DNA of 41,974 bases, from NCBI RefSeq assembly GCF_001194135.2, contig NC_068990.1, positions 52,973,395 through 53,015,368 on the forward strand. The letters run 5' to 3'. This DNA is from Octopus bimaculoides. Lineage: Eukaryota. The position numbers were made by a program, and so were the translations under genes. Shown here piece after piece: positions 11,295 to 22,805 of this stretch (position 1 is the first letter of the stretch; every line of letters starts with the position of its first letter). Under the pieces are notes generated by a model. The model did not search any database. It was not told the origin of the DNA and saw only the letters and a program-made list of their open reading frames with translations.

Positions 11295-12435
11295 TATATA
11301 TCGTAGCCTTTTTCGTTTGACCTCAACATGTTACATTACATATGAATTCATCGAAAAAATATCTTTTTCCTGAAACACCATGTGCTACTTTTTTTTGATT
11401 TATTTATTTTTGGCGTACCAATATATTTCCACTTTTTTTTCGTTTATAATGGTAATATCACTACCAGTGTCCAATTGCATTTTAACAAATATATTTCTGA
11501 TTTTCACCTTCATGAATTTCTTCATCGTTATATTACCAATTTCTTCTGATGAAATACTATTTATTCTGTTTCCTTTGTTCTGATGTTTTGTAATCTTTGT
11601 TCTACTATGCATCTTTATATGTCCTATATTACCACAATGAAAGCACTCCGCTTTTTTAAATGGACAGTTTTTCCTCAGGTGTATACCTCCACATGCAAAA
11701 TGTGTTTATTTCCTGATTTACCTGGAAATAATCATTACCTTCAATTTCCTTGGTGTCGTGTCTGAATTTGACTATCCTTTCACATTCTTCTGATACTTTG
11801 TGTAGGGTTACATCCTGGTTTTGTTCCAGCTTTGTGAGAATTCTAGATCTAACTTCTGTGTTCTTTTCAGCAGTAAGTCCCTGTGTAAAAATCAGGCGTT
11901 TTAACCTATCTGGTGTTAATTCATCCTGCTTAAACTTCTCATACTTCCTGTTTGCTCTATCAGCATATCTGATGTAGTCCTTGTCTTTGTTTTTCTCTTT
12001 GTTCAGACACTTCCAACATGTGTTGAACAATGAACTTTTTTCACCGAAACTTTTACACAATATATCTATTGTGTCATTAAAGTTTATGTCTGAAGGTTTT
12101 CTTAGGAGTCCATAATTACTGTATCATTCATGTTCTGTTGCTGCTAGTTTTCTCAAGATTAAGTGTATTTTCATCTCGTCCCAATCTTTACATTCTTTCT
12201 TGAAGATTTCTTCATATCTTCTGTAGTATGCTTCGATAGCAACTCTTCATCAGGTTAGTATTTGAACTCTGTTATGGAGTTCACGACATAGTCTGGCAAG
12301 AACTCTTTTTCTGATTTTCCTGATGACTTCAGTAATTGCAACAGCTGTTGCTGTAATATTATTTGTTATTGTTGTTGCTTCTGTTGTTGCTGTTGCAGTT
12401 GTATCACGATTTTTTTTGTAAAATTTGCACAACAA
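11295..12435 (-). pseudogene. gag and truncated protease of the outer Gypsy element
   Basis: FGEKSSLFNTCWKCLN, LIFTQGLTAEKNTEVRSRIL and MQLDTGSDITII. The protease homology stops abruptly at the LTR at 11294. Confidence 0.88.
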
Positions 12436-12497
12436 AACTTTGTGAGTTTATTAACTCCTCTTAGAGTTTCTATTATTAACTCCACGTGAATTGGTTT

Positions 12498-12510
12498 ATC
12501 CTCGTTGCCA
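12498..12510 (-). promoter_or_regulatory. Primer-binding site, probably tRNA-Ser(GCU)
   Basis: TGGCAACGAGGAT lies 1 nt inside the 5' LTR. It has one mismatch to TGGCGACGAGGAT, the complement of the 3' end of eukaryotic tRNA-Ser(GCU) as I recall it. Confidence 0.75.
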
Positions 12511-12511
12511 C

Positions 12512-12714
12512 TGTTATAATCCTTTTAATGTTGGATTATTAATAACGCCCACTTCGGTATACAGTATACTTAGTAAAACCAGTATAGACATGACTATCTC
12601 TCACCACCTACTATGTACTCTGGTACTTCACGTACTTCTCTTTACTTATAGCAACTAGGTTATTCCATTCATCACGTAGGAGGGGTGTACCATTATTATT
12701 AATTCCCAACAACA
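12512..12714 (-). repeat. 5' LTR of the outer Gypsy element, 203 bp
   Basis: TGTT..AACA termini, an adjacent PBS and a partial duplicate at 6737. Confidence 0.9.
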
Positions 12715-13831
12715 GATAGCCCATCTAACTAATGGGAAAAGTGAATATACAATACTAATGGTGGCACTGCCTTCTCCTCCTCCTCCTCTAAATTTGTTCC
12801 TTTTCCTCTTCCTAACATCCCTGTTCTTTGCTATTAACTAACAATATCAACACCAGTAATTCACTTATTTCTCATGGTTTTCTTATATAAATAAATTAAT
12901 TGATGTTTCTGATTGGAAAACCATTTCCCAACTTGCCACAATTCCCTTGGCTCACCTCTGTTGGACATTCTAGGAACTAATATTCTATATTTTTAGCTCT
13001 CCTTATCATTTGCTATATGTACAGTCATAACATTTATACAGATTTAAAATATTCAACAAAAGACATTGCCCTCAGTGTTTCAGACAAAGACAAGGGAAAA
13101 AACTAATATCCTACCTGCTCAGTCTGCATCCTACATAAACAAAACTGTAATTGTAAACTAAAAGAGAAGGTCCAAGGCATTATATTGGTCATGCTTTATA
13201 TACTGCTGGATTGCCATTCTTCAGTATTCATGACAGTGATATCTTCCTGTTTGAGCCTTACTCTGTTTTCATTAATCATTTACCCTAGGTATTTCTGGTT
13301 GCATAAACTCTGCTTAGATTTCTCTCTCTTAACAGTCTCACCTGTACACTGCCTGCCCTTTTCACTAGCAACTCCCTTTACATACAAAAAACCTTCTTGC
13401 TGACTCATTTTGCCTGAGAAAGAAAGGAGGGAAAATGCTAACAGAGGTAAAACACCTCTGTGATGCTCTGCAAATATCTTATTTTTGTTTTTTAACTAAA
13501 TGAAACATTAAAAAAAAAAAAAAAAAAGATATTTTCCCCTTTCATCTTCTGAAATTTGACATATTGGACTGTTTCATTAGCAAAAATTTGATTCATTTCT
13601 GTGTTTCTATTTCAAGGATATTTTAAACATTCTATGATGGAATGTTCTTTTGACATTTATTCAATTGTTTATCTTGTTGATTATCCAACACATGGATGGA
13701 TTTTTTTGTCCTATTTATGAGAGCCAGGAGTTGAGAAGTGGAACAGCTCTTATTGCTTGTTGCACATACTATTCACTCACTTACATGCACACATGTGCTT
13801 ACATGCAAACCATTCACTGACATGAATACAA

Positions 13832-13833
13832 CC

Positions 13834-13920
<87 letters not shown>

Positions 13921-14035
13921 GTCTATATATCTCTATCTTATATCTGTCTGTCTGTCTGTCTGTCTTCTCTCACTATCTCTCTCTCTATATATATATATCT
14001 TTGTCGCTCTCTGTCTGTCTACCTCTCTCTCTATC
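13832..14035. repeat. (CTGT)n compound microsatellite with CT/TA runs
   Basis: Direct read. Confidence 0.95.
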
Positions 14036-14134
14036 TCACAGATGCAAACATGCACACATAAATGTACATGTGCATGCATCTCTTGCTGTCTTTTTTTTCT
14101 TCCCTTTCTACTTCTTTGTATTCTTGTATATCTA

Positions 14135-15389
14135 CAGGGGTTGGACAAAATAATGGAAACACTTAGCATCATAGCATCATAATTTTGAAATATCTATATA
14201 AAACCGTCAAAAGCTTGTTTATTTTTATGTTTTTTGATTTATTATTAGTGTTGCTTAATATGTTTTGCTAAAATTGCTGTTTCTTTTCATATATCATCAG
14301 AAAAAGGTCATTAAAATTAAAGATCTATCAGACTTTCAAAGAGGTCAAATTGTTGGTGCTCGTATGGCGGGCGCTAGCGTAATGAAAACAGCAGAAATGT
14401 TTGGTGTATCAAGAAGTACTGTCTTGAAAGTAATGACAGCCTTTAAGAAAGAGAGAAAAACCTCCTCGTCGAAACAAAACTCCGGAAGAAAACTTTCAGA
14501 TAGGGACTGTCGGACTCTTTTGCGAATTGTTAGAAAGGATCACAAAAGTACAGCTCCCAAAATTACTGCAGAGCTTAATGATTACCTTGAGAATCCAGTT
14601 TTCACAAAAACTGTTCACCGTGGGCTGCACAAAGCTGGATTTCACGGGAGGGCTGCAATCAGAAAACCACTACTTTCAAAAACAAACGTTACAAAGTGTT
14701 TAGAATGGAGTAAAAACCCACAGAATTGGTCCCTAGAGCCGTGGAAGAATGTTATTTTCTTGAATGAGTTATCCTTTACCTTATTTCCGACCACCGGGCG
14801 AGTATACGTGTGGAGACAGCCAAAAGAAGCATTTGACCCAGACTGCCTTCTTCCAACTGTTAAACATGGAGGAGGATCTGTGATGATCTGGGGGGGGGGG
14901 GCTATATCTTGGAAATCCACTGATGGTCTCCCTTCATGGCAGAATTAATAGTCAAGACTATTAAAGCATTTTTTTCTGATCAAACTCATCCTATGGTTGA
15001 GGAACTCTTTCCGAAGGAAAACAATCTTTCAAGATGGTAATGCACCAATTCACACAGCTAAGGTTGTTACTGAATGGCACGGGGAACATTCTAGTGAAGT
15101 TGAACATGTTATTTGGCCATCAGAGTCCCCAGATCTCAATATTATTGAACATTTATGGTGTATTTTAGAAAAACAAGTAGTCAATAATGTCCACCATCAT
15201 CACTACAAGAACTGGAGACAGTTTTAACTGAAGAATGGACAAAAATTCCTTTGGAAACAATTCAAACTTTGTATGAGTCCATACCTCATAGAATTCAAGG
15301 TGTAATTACTGCCAAAGGTGGTCCTACCCCATATTAAAATAAATTTGTTTCAAATTTTACGGTGTTTCCATTATTTTGTCCAACCCCTG
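14135..15389 (+). mobile_element. Tc1-like DNA transposon, 1255 bp, DD37E spacing, defective
   Basis: Perfect 28-bp TIRs CAGGGGTTGGACAAAATAATGGAAACAC with TA on both sides. The transposase (about 14305-15337) has an HTH region, KHGGGSVMIWG, FQDGNAPIH and SPDLNIIEHLW. The first D is changed to N and there is a frameshift at the G-run near 14890. Confidence 0.95.
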
Positions 15390-15559
15390 TATTTTTTCTT
15401 TGTTCTTTTCCTTTCTCTTTATAAAAATTTGTTTTTCCCTTCACATCCAATCTTTCTATTGTTGGAATGGTTTGCTTGAATCTATAATATACGGTATCAC
15501 TATCTACCACAGCCCTGCCTCATGCTGCCTATCACAACCAACATTTTCAGCTTTCAGCT

Positions 15560-15860
15560 CTGAGCTCTCTACTTGTTTCCAGATTTCCCACAAACCTTCC
15601 ACTCTCAACTCAAAAATTTCACCTCTAGCAAGTCATATGCCGTACCATTAATGCTTGGCTCACTTGCATTTAGCCTTTCAATGACACCTAAAAGACCATG
15701 TTTAACCTATTCGTCCTAGCTTCTCTCATTCAGCATCTGCATCTCATTACTCTGCATTTCCATATTTCTTGCACTTGCTGCACACAATGTGTTCATAGCA
15801 TGACAGAAGGTGAAGAGCTTCATCAGTAGTAACCCTATTACTACCTCCATTATTATCTTG
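15560..15860 (+). mobile_element. Possible old CR1/L2-like LINE relic
   Basis: Only weak resemblance to a LINE post-RT region, with no clean motif. Confidence 0.25.
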
Positions 15861-16559
15861 CCTTGGTAAGGGATGAATTTGTAAGTAGCTCCTACTGTTG
15901 ATTACACATATATTTTGCACATTTTGATCCTAATTCCTACCAATTCCCCTTGTGTTGAACACTCATAGGCATTTAAATTAGATTATTCTTCTAGATTTCA
16001 AACTTCTTTAGCAGCATACAATAAGAACTCCTGTATTGTTGTCTTAAGGAGTATTAACAGCTGATTCATATGACTAACATCACTGAACAATTCAGTCACA
16101 TCTTCCCCACCACCTTACACAATGAGGTAACATCAAAAGTCTTCTTTAGGTTACCTAGATTAAAGTTGTTTGTTGATAGTTATGAATGATCTCCATACTT
16201 TTGTTTATGAAGCAAAAGCGGTGTATTTTAGCAATTTAAAATCCAGATGCAAGGTCACTAAAGAAATTACAGTAAATGTCTATAAAACTATATCTCCCTG
16301 ATCAAAATGTGTGTTGTATGCAATATACATAAATTTACTATAAATCATATCTGTATGAGAGGGAAACTTGGGTGACCAGTAGGAGATCATGACTCGAGAC
16401 TTGTTTGCAGAGACCTTATCTCTTCTGCTATGATTATTTGTTATGAGGATGGCGACTACTACTACTGCTACTACCAGTGCTACTGCTGCCGCCGCCACAC
16501 AAGACTTGCAATTCTGAGGTGCACGTTGATTTCTATCTTGCCCCTCAGATGTAATCAAC

Positions 16560-16690
16560 TGGCTGGTACTTTATCAACTCAGAAAGGATGAAAGATAAAG
16601 TTGGCCTTGGTGGGATTTGAAGTCAGAATGTAAAGAGCCAGGAGAAATGCCAGAAGTATTTTGCCCAATGCACAAAATACATTACTTGGA
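16560..16690 (-). mobile_element. tRNA-type SINE fragment (family A)
   Basis: AAGGATGAAAG..AAAGTTG.CCTTGG.GG.ATTTGAA.TCAGAA is shared with 16810-16992, 31944-32118 and 33996-34182. Confidence 0.75.
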
Positions 16691-16809
16691 ACAGCAAGGA
16701 TCATAAAAAAAATTGTTGTGACCTGAGGCTTGTTGGGTGTAGCTTGTTCCAAAGAAAAATTTTTTGGGTTCAACAATCTCACATCAAGATAATTCAAAAA
16801 TAATAATTT

Positions 16810-16990
16810 CAAATTTTGGTACAAGGCAGCAATTTCGGGGAAGAGGTAAGTCGATTCCATTGACTTCAGTACTCAACTGAAAGTGTGAAAGAAAGTTATC
16901 CCTGGCAGAATTTGAACTCAGAACATAAAAACGACAAAATACTGCTAAGCATTTTACTCAGCATGCTAACAATTCTGCCAGCTCATTGCC

Positions 16991-16992
<2 letters not shown>
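16810..16992 (-). mobile_element. tRNA-type SINE (family A), near full length
   Basis: The minus strand has the head AAGGCAATGAGCTGGCAGAATTGTTAGCATGC, a B-box-like GAGTTCAAATTC and the tail GCCTTGTACCAAAA. Confidence 0.8.
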
Positions 16993-17057
<65 letters not shown>

Positions 17058-17066
17058 TGATAATAA
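16993..17066. repeat. (AAT)n microsatellite
   Basis: Direct read. Confidence 0.95.
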
Positions 17067-17879
17067 TAGTTTTAGTTTTTGACACAAGGCCGGCAACTTT
17101 ATAAGTTCTCAATTTTAAACTCTTTTTATTAGTATTGTTAAGAACACCAAGCACCTCAACTATATTATATCTAGCTTCGTAATTGTTTACAATAAAATGT
17201 GTTTTTTCTTGTATGTATAAGTATATATAATTACATACACATGTATGCACATACATTGTGTATAATGAAGATAATTTTTATGCAAAGTTAGAAAGCATCC
17301 AACCTATTAATCCATTAACTAATATTTGTTATTTCTTGTAAAAACCATCTCTGTTTATTTTTACAAAATTTTTGGTGTCTTTTAGAAAAAATCTGACACT
17401 GTTTTTTTCGATATTACTTTGTTCTTTCATTATTTGAACCTAAAATTGATTCTGTCTGCTGCAACTGCTATCTTGCCACTTTCCATACAAGTACTGCAAC
17501 ACCACTAACACCATCACTGCCACCACCACTGCCATTGCCACTTCTATCAACTGTAACTTTCACTCTGTTTCCAACTCCAAATAGCTTGCAAAATTGGTTT
17601 ACTGTTGTGTTTTTTTAAGAATGTTTTTGTAATGTATCCTTTCACAGTCCATCTTTTCACTGGACTTGAGAATTTCATATCACATCATGTAGAAGCATCA
17701 TTTACCATGGCTAAAATGTAGAACATGAATTCAGTTGTTGATCTTATCTGTATGGGTTTTAATACAGTTTTAAAACATCAGTTATAACTAAATTCTACTT
17801 CTGCTTCTTTCTCCACATTTACTACATATTCCTGCTGAACTTTCTCTTTACATTCTTTATGTCTCTAGAATTGCTAAGT

Positions 17880-18320
17880 CTGATGATAACTTTAGTCTAT
17901 GAAACCCAACAAAGTTGGATGGATTGACAATACCTCAATATTATCATGAAACAGTGTTCTCTGAGTTGACTCCTGTCCTTGCCAAATGTCTGAACCTTCC
18001 CTAAGAATAGAAATGCACAACAGTGTTGCCTTTTCCCATGAACTTCAAACTTTGTGTTTGGTTTAGTAATCATATTCCAACATTTCTTAAAAATATTGTC
18101 AGTTCAGTTTTCCTTTTGTGTCGCACGTAACAATAACAGCAAGACCCTACATCACACAGAATAGGCATATTTTGGTGAAAAGGAAGCTGTCATACTTGAG
18201 ACATTCACAAAACCATCATCTCCTTCTGGCAAAGCTGCCTGTCTACATATTCTATTTATCATTGGCCCCTGACATTGAGATCTTCTGGTGAAATTTTCCA
18301 ACATGTTGATACCATTCTCT
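17880..18320 (+). mobile_element. Old CR1/L2/Jockey-like RT relic
   Basis: Degenerate similarity to LINE RT N-terminal motifs (PNK..G.D.I..SELTPVLAKCLNL), with many stops. Confidence 0.4.
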
Positions 18321-19269
18321 TCTCCTCCTCCTCCTCCTCCTCCTCCTCCATTAATGTCCTACATACCATGTCTACCCTTCTGATGATCACATGACTCACT
18401 ACTCCCCCTCCATCTTTCTCCCTTCACCACAGCAATGTTACTGGTTCCAAACACATGTAGCACAACCACATCACACAAGACACATACATCATTTATGAAG
18501 AGAAACTATAAAACATGCTACAAAAATGATTTAACAAAATAAATTAAAACATAAAACTATGATAGATAGTTCAAGAAAACAAAGCCACAAGCCTAGCAGC
18601 CATAGTGTTGATGGTGATGGTCATGCCTGTTCTGAAATATATCTTTTATTTGTGGAACATGTCTTTCTTCTTTTACACAGTCCTCTGTTGGAAGTCCATA
18701 AAACTGTATCTTGTCATTCACCTCTACCTAAGTTTCAAATACTTCTTAGAAATAATCCAACTTTGAGGATTTATATATTCTTGTTCTTCAACACTAATGT
18801 GTATAACTTAAGAAGTTGAATATGAAAACACTTGTATTTAGCCATATTTTATTATTTAAATAACTTATATATAAATATTGGGTGGTTACTGACCTCTAGA
18901 ATGAAATAACATATTCTCTTGTCATGTTTGACTCGTGTAAAAACTTAGCTCAGTTTTGTTAGTCTGTGACTGACTGAAACCAACAGAAATTAACTGTAAA
19001 CTATGGCAAATTCTAAGCGATAAAAGGTTTCTTGAGTAGTCTTAGAATATGTGTGTGTGTGTGTTTCTTACATTGTTTTCATTGTCAAAAGTACTAATTG
19101 TATGCTTGTTAAGAGAAATAGCATTTTAAAGTAATAAAATTCTTGACCAAATTAAATGTGATTAAGTTCATTGAAAGGACCAGTGCTATATTTTGAGAAT
19201 TGCAAGTGTGGAAGCAAAACTTGAAATCAAAGGATCTTAAGTTAGTGAAGATGAAGCTTCTAGTACACT

Positions 19270-19965
19270 AGAAATCAGTCAGGATCCTATCCCCATCTTA
19301 GGTAGTTGGTCCTGCTCAATATGTAGGAAAGGTGTTGGCAGGTATTCCATATGGTGTATTCAGAGCAAGCTATGGACACTCAAGAGGTGTGGTGGAATCA
19401 CAGGAAGGTTAATGGAGAAAGTAGTTTTTGTATGTGAAGATGGTCAAGGGTCATAAAATCCAAGGTTACAAGGTGATCTAATTAGCAGTAGCGGGGGATG
19501 TTCTGAAAGTGTAACCTCTAGAATAAGAATAGGATGGAAAGAGTTGAGAGAACTATTACCTCTGTTGGCAAAAAGATCTACAGCAATACAACATGGTTGT
19601 GAGACATGGGCTCTGAATTCAGATGTGTAGACTAGAGAGGAATGAAGCTAGTATGCTCTGCTGGATGTGCAATGTTAGTGTGCATGTACGACAAATTGCA
19701 AATTGTATTGAGAGAAAGGTGCATAAGAAGAATCAGATGTTCTGTGCAAATGTAGTGGTTTGATCATGTGATATGTATGGATGAGATAGTTCCATAAAGA
19801 AGTACTGATTGCTTTAAGTAGATGGAACTCTTGGGAGAGAGAGGCTCAAGGAAGACATGGGATGAAGTATTGAAGGCTGATCTCAAGAAGCCAAGCCTTA
19901 TGAAGGAGACTACAAAAGGCCAAGATGATTGGCGTTTTGCTATGCTCAAGAAGACTTGTCCATTA
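19270..19965 (+). mobile_element. Degenerate RTE LINE fragment (PHD-like finger plus post-RT domain)
   Basis: WSCSICRKGVGRYSIWC..KLWTLKRCGGITGRLMEKVVFVC, SRIRIGWKELRELLPLL and HGCETWAL, paralogous to 7084-7200. Confidence 0.85.
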
Positions 19966-20504
19966 CCATTACCACAAAAATGATTCCCTCAGCCCTTCCC
20001 TAACAGTCTCCCACCCCCAGAACTACTTCTGTTCCTCATCATCCCTGGCCATACTATACTATTTTAACCAATCACCTTTTTGTGCCTTCAGCCACTGCTG
20101 TCTCTCTCATCTACTATACTTTCTTATCTGCTAAACACTTTCTTATCTGCTATTATTCTCAATGCTCTCCTATAATGACCCACCTACTGTAGCCCCATGT
20201 GTACCCCTATATCTCCCTCTCCATAGCTCCTATACCATGCACATCATCTCACAACTTTCTGTTCTATTCTCTTTCCTGAGCAACTCCTACTTCTTCCACC
20301 TTACCCCTCTACATACTGGTATTTCCCATCATCTGCACCCCCACCCTAGTTCATCACTCACTACTTTTTATCTCCGCCTGTTTACTATCCTCACACACTC
20401 TTATGAAGGCATCCACTCTCTTTTCCCCTCCCATGACCCACACTACATATCCTCTCTTATTCTCACCTTCTTGATGTTTGAGAGTTTGCTCTAGCACCCC
20501 ATTA

Positions 20505-21071
20505 TTATGTACCTCTTATCTTCTTCAGCCATATATCTCCTCTATAGGGCTTTCCGATAAGTAGATTATCTCCCTTGGCTAGGTGGCGCTCTATGCAGAC
20601 AATTATACTTCCGCAGACTACCCACGCCATTTCACTTGCTGCATCATCTTTAATTTCATCAAAAAGACAATCAAAAGTCATGGAATCTGGTATTCCCGTG
20701 TAAAAGAGAAGCTTCTGATTATCATTTTTCACATCTTCATATGTAAGCACAGGTGCTTTTGCCTGTGTTTCACAATCCACCATCTTACTTTCCAAGGTCT
20801 GAATACTGCTATTTGTATAAATAGGTTTATTGACAAGATCACATTGTATTCCTATTCCCTTGGTACAAATTTCTTGTACAGTCTGCACTGACTTGTGTGT
20901 AAAAGCTGAGAATGATTCAGGATTAACTGGACCACAGTAATCATGAAACATTAAAGAATTGTTCAACATAGACATGGTAGGACTTACGAAGCAACCAAGC
21001 TGTTCTGTGACATTCATATCTTCGACTTCCCTGGTCTCAATAGCTTCTTGACATTCATTCACTTGTATATT
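20505..21071 (-). pseudogene. Transposase exon 2 (188 codons open; reads through the deletion junction and TIR to TAA at 20505-20507)
   Basis: The TTATTTGCAG acceptor at 21072 is in phase 0. LTYEDVKNDNQKLLFYTGIPDSMTFDCLF resembles the region preceding the HTH/DDE_Tnp_4 domain in Harbinger-type transposases. Confidence 0.75.
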
Positions 21072-21884
21072 CTGCAAATAAGTTAAATACATTTTTACGT
21101 GGGCATAGCTTACAGCAATCATTCACTGATTTGGCCATAAAGTCTATTAATCTATTATGTCTATTAATAATTAGAGGAATATTAGATTCAATGCTGTAAA
21201 TTTATTATTTAATCAAACAAAAAAATATATAAAGAAAAATATCACAGCCAGGCTTACTCGAAATTCCCACATTCATTCAGAACATTCACAACAATTTCAA
21301 TGTATTTATTCTTTGAATGCAAAATGCTTTTATTAAAAATACCTGTACATCAACACAACACTTAGTTTAAACTTTTGTGTTTAGCCCAAGGTAGACTACT
21401 TGAATTTTAATATGTTCTAATCTGTTAGTGAGGAGATAAATCATAGAGACATTTCACTCATCTACTAACTGCGTATATGATCATGCACTTACTGATGTTT
21501 TAAATACTTTGTTTGGGAAAATGGATGGCAAGGGGTGATCTGTCAATGGTCCATTAGAATTGACGAAATGCTGGGAGCAAATCTGGCTATTTGCAGTGTA
21601 AACAAAGTCTTTCCTCACAAGTCTCAATCTCTGAAGCCAAATACGACAAATAGCGATGTTTTCAGGGTATCTGTGAAGTGAAATAACTTTGCCGTCTACA
21701 TTCTTCCCTCTATAATTGCTTCATATACAACAGTATTTGCACGATTTCTTGGGAGACATATTAACCGGTCATACAGCCTGTGAGTCGTTAGTCTGCGGAA
21801 GTAAATGCGAGTCACTCAGCATGCGTGCATGTCATATGGGAGAGTTCCAATCAGGGGTGGATAATTACCTTATCGGAACCACCT
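20546..21884 (-). mobile_element. Internally deleted PIF/Harbinger-superfamily (ISL2EU-like) transposon, 1339 bp
   Basis: Imperfect TIRs AGGGCTTTCCGATAAGTAGATTATC and AGGTGGTTCCGATAAGGTAATTATC, with AT on both sides (20544-45, 21885-86; a TA/TATA reading is also possible). There is a perfect 15-bp subterminal inverted repeat. The element encodes a THAP domain and the FYTG-type N-terminal half of a transposase, with no DDE domain. Confidence 0.8.
21493..21759 (-). pseudogene. Transposase exon 1: THAP zinc-finger domain with an in-frame TGA at codon 13
   Basis: MSPKKSCKYCCI*SNYRGKNVDGKVISLHRYPENIAICRIWLQRLRLVRKDFVYTANSQICSQHFVNSNGPLTDHPLPSIFPNKVFKTS. It has the THAP signature (C..C, P, W, CxxHF, PSIF) and ends at a GTAAGT donor in phase 0. 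Confidence 0.85.
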
Positions 21885-22035
21885 ATAGCAAGATGCCTGT
21901 GCTTGTCCTTCTATCATGCTTTAGCCTTTCAACACCTGGCATAAATCCACCCACATCCACCTTTCCCTCCCAAATACTTCTTAGTAGTCGGAGCTTTTTC
22001 CTTTTCCCTTTTTCCTGCTCTTTTCTGTTTTGTAA

Positions 22036-22240
22036 GTCACATGGCAACATCACTAGTGCCAAAGACATGAAAAAGTACCCTGTACATTCTGTAATTTGAG
22101 TGGTGTAAGGAGGGGCATCCAGTTGTAGAAACCATGCCAAAGATGACATTGGAGTCTGACATAGCCCTGCATCTTGTCAGTTCCCTGTCAAACCATCTAG
22201 TCCATGCTAGCATGGAAAGCAGATATTAAATGATGATGAT
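22036..22240 (+). mobile_element. Old RTE 3' end or RTE-tailed SINE
   Basis: GGGCATCCAG.TGTAGAAAC..CCATGCTAGCATGGAAAGC.GA..TTAAATGATGATGA, as at 8041-8179. Confidence 0.8.
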
Positions 22241-22344
22241 TGTTTCTTTACTGCTGTTTGATTAGTCTTTCTCTTCTTTTTTGTGAAGTGACACTTTTCA
22301 GACTAAAAAATATTTAAACATTATTTTTATCTTTTTATTTTCAG

Positions 22345-22371
22345 AAGTTGTATCCCTCAAGAAAAGTTTTG
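22345..22371 (+). other. Candidate 27-nt host micro-exon (phase 1/1: (E)VVSLKKSFG)
   Basis: A T-rich tract ending TTTCAG precedes it and GTATGT follows it; the length is a multiple of 3. No homology was recognised. Confidence 0.3.
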
Positions 22372-22805
22372 GTATGTATTCCGTTTGTTTCTTGTCTGTT
22401 TCTTACAGAAGTTGTGGCATTATTGCAACAATGCTACAAAGGTTCTCATACAGATTTAAGTATAAGCAACTTAGTAGTGAAGTGGTTTCAATCAATTCTC
22501 TTTTGTGCATTGCTCTAGTGTAATGTTTTTCAAAGGTGTTGGGAAGCAGCATTATTTTGATGTGAAGTATGAATTACTTCAGGATGGGATGTAAAACAGT
22601 AACAAGTGAATAAAACTTGCAATGAAGTCTTAGTTAAAACTCCTTTTGAATGTGTGTTTATGTATGGTATATATTTAAGACATACTTTATGTATGGCATA
22701 TATTTAAGACATATACTTCATGTGAGATGTATAATTTTTTGGAAGTCATAGGGATGTGGGACAGAAAACTAGTGTTCTAGCACATTCTTCATTTAAACAT
22801 TTCAG

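Larger units (their letters stand above)
6737..12714 (-). mobile_element. Composite Gypsy/Ty3 LTR retrotransposon locus (outer element, nested element and RTE insertion)
   Basis: The LTR at 12512-12714 has a partial copy at 6737-6861 plus 8180-8194. The flanks GATA(G) at 6733-6737 and 12715-12719 are a probable TSD. The interior carries gag, protease, RT and RNase H on the minus strand. Confidence 0.85.

Noticed and set aside
13441-13461. ACAGAGG-TAAAACA-CCTCTGT hairpin
   Set aside because: A 7-bp stem is expected by chance in 42 kb, and there is no supporting context.
16940-16992. tRNA genes at SINE heads (also 33996, 35930-35986)
   Set aside because: These are degenerate A/B-box-like heads that continue into SINE bodies, with no intact cloverleaf.
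20300-20504. SECIS element downstream of the THAP frame
   Set aside because: No AUGA/GA quartet stem with an AA loop is visible in this purine-rich (minus-strand) flank, so selenocysteine recoding is unsupported.
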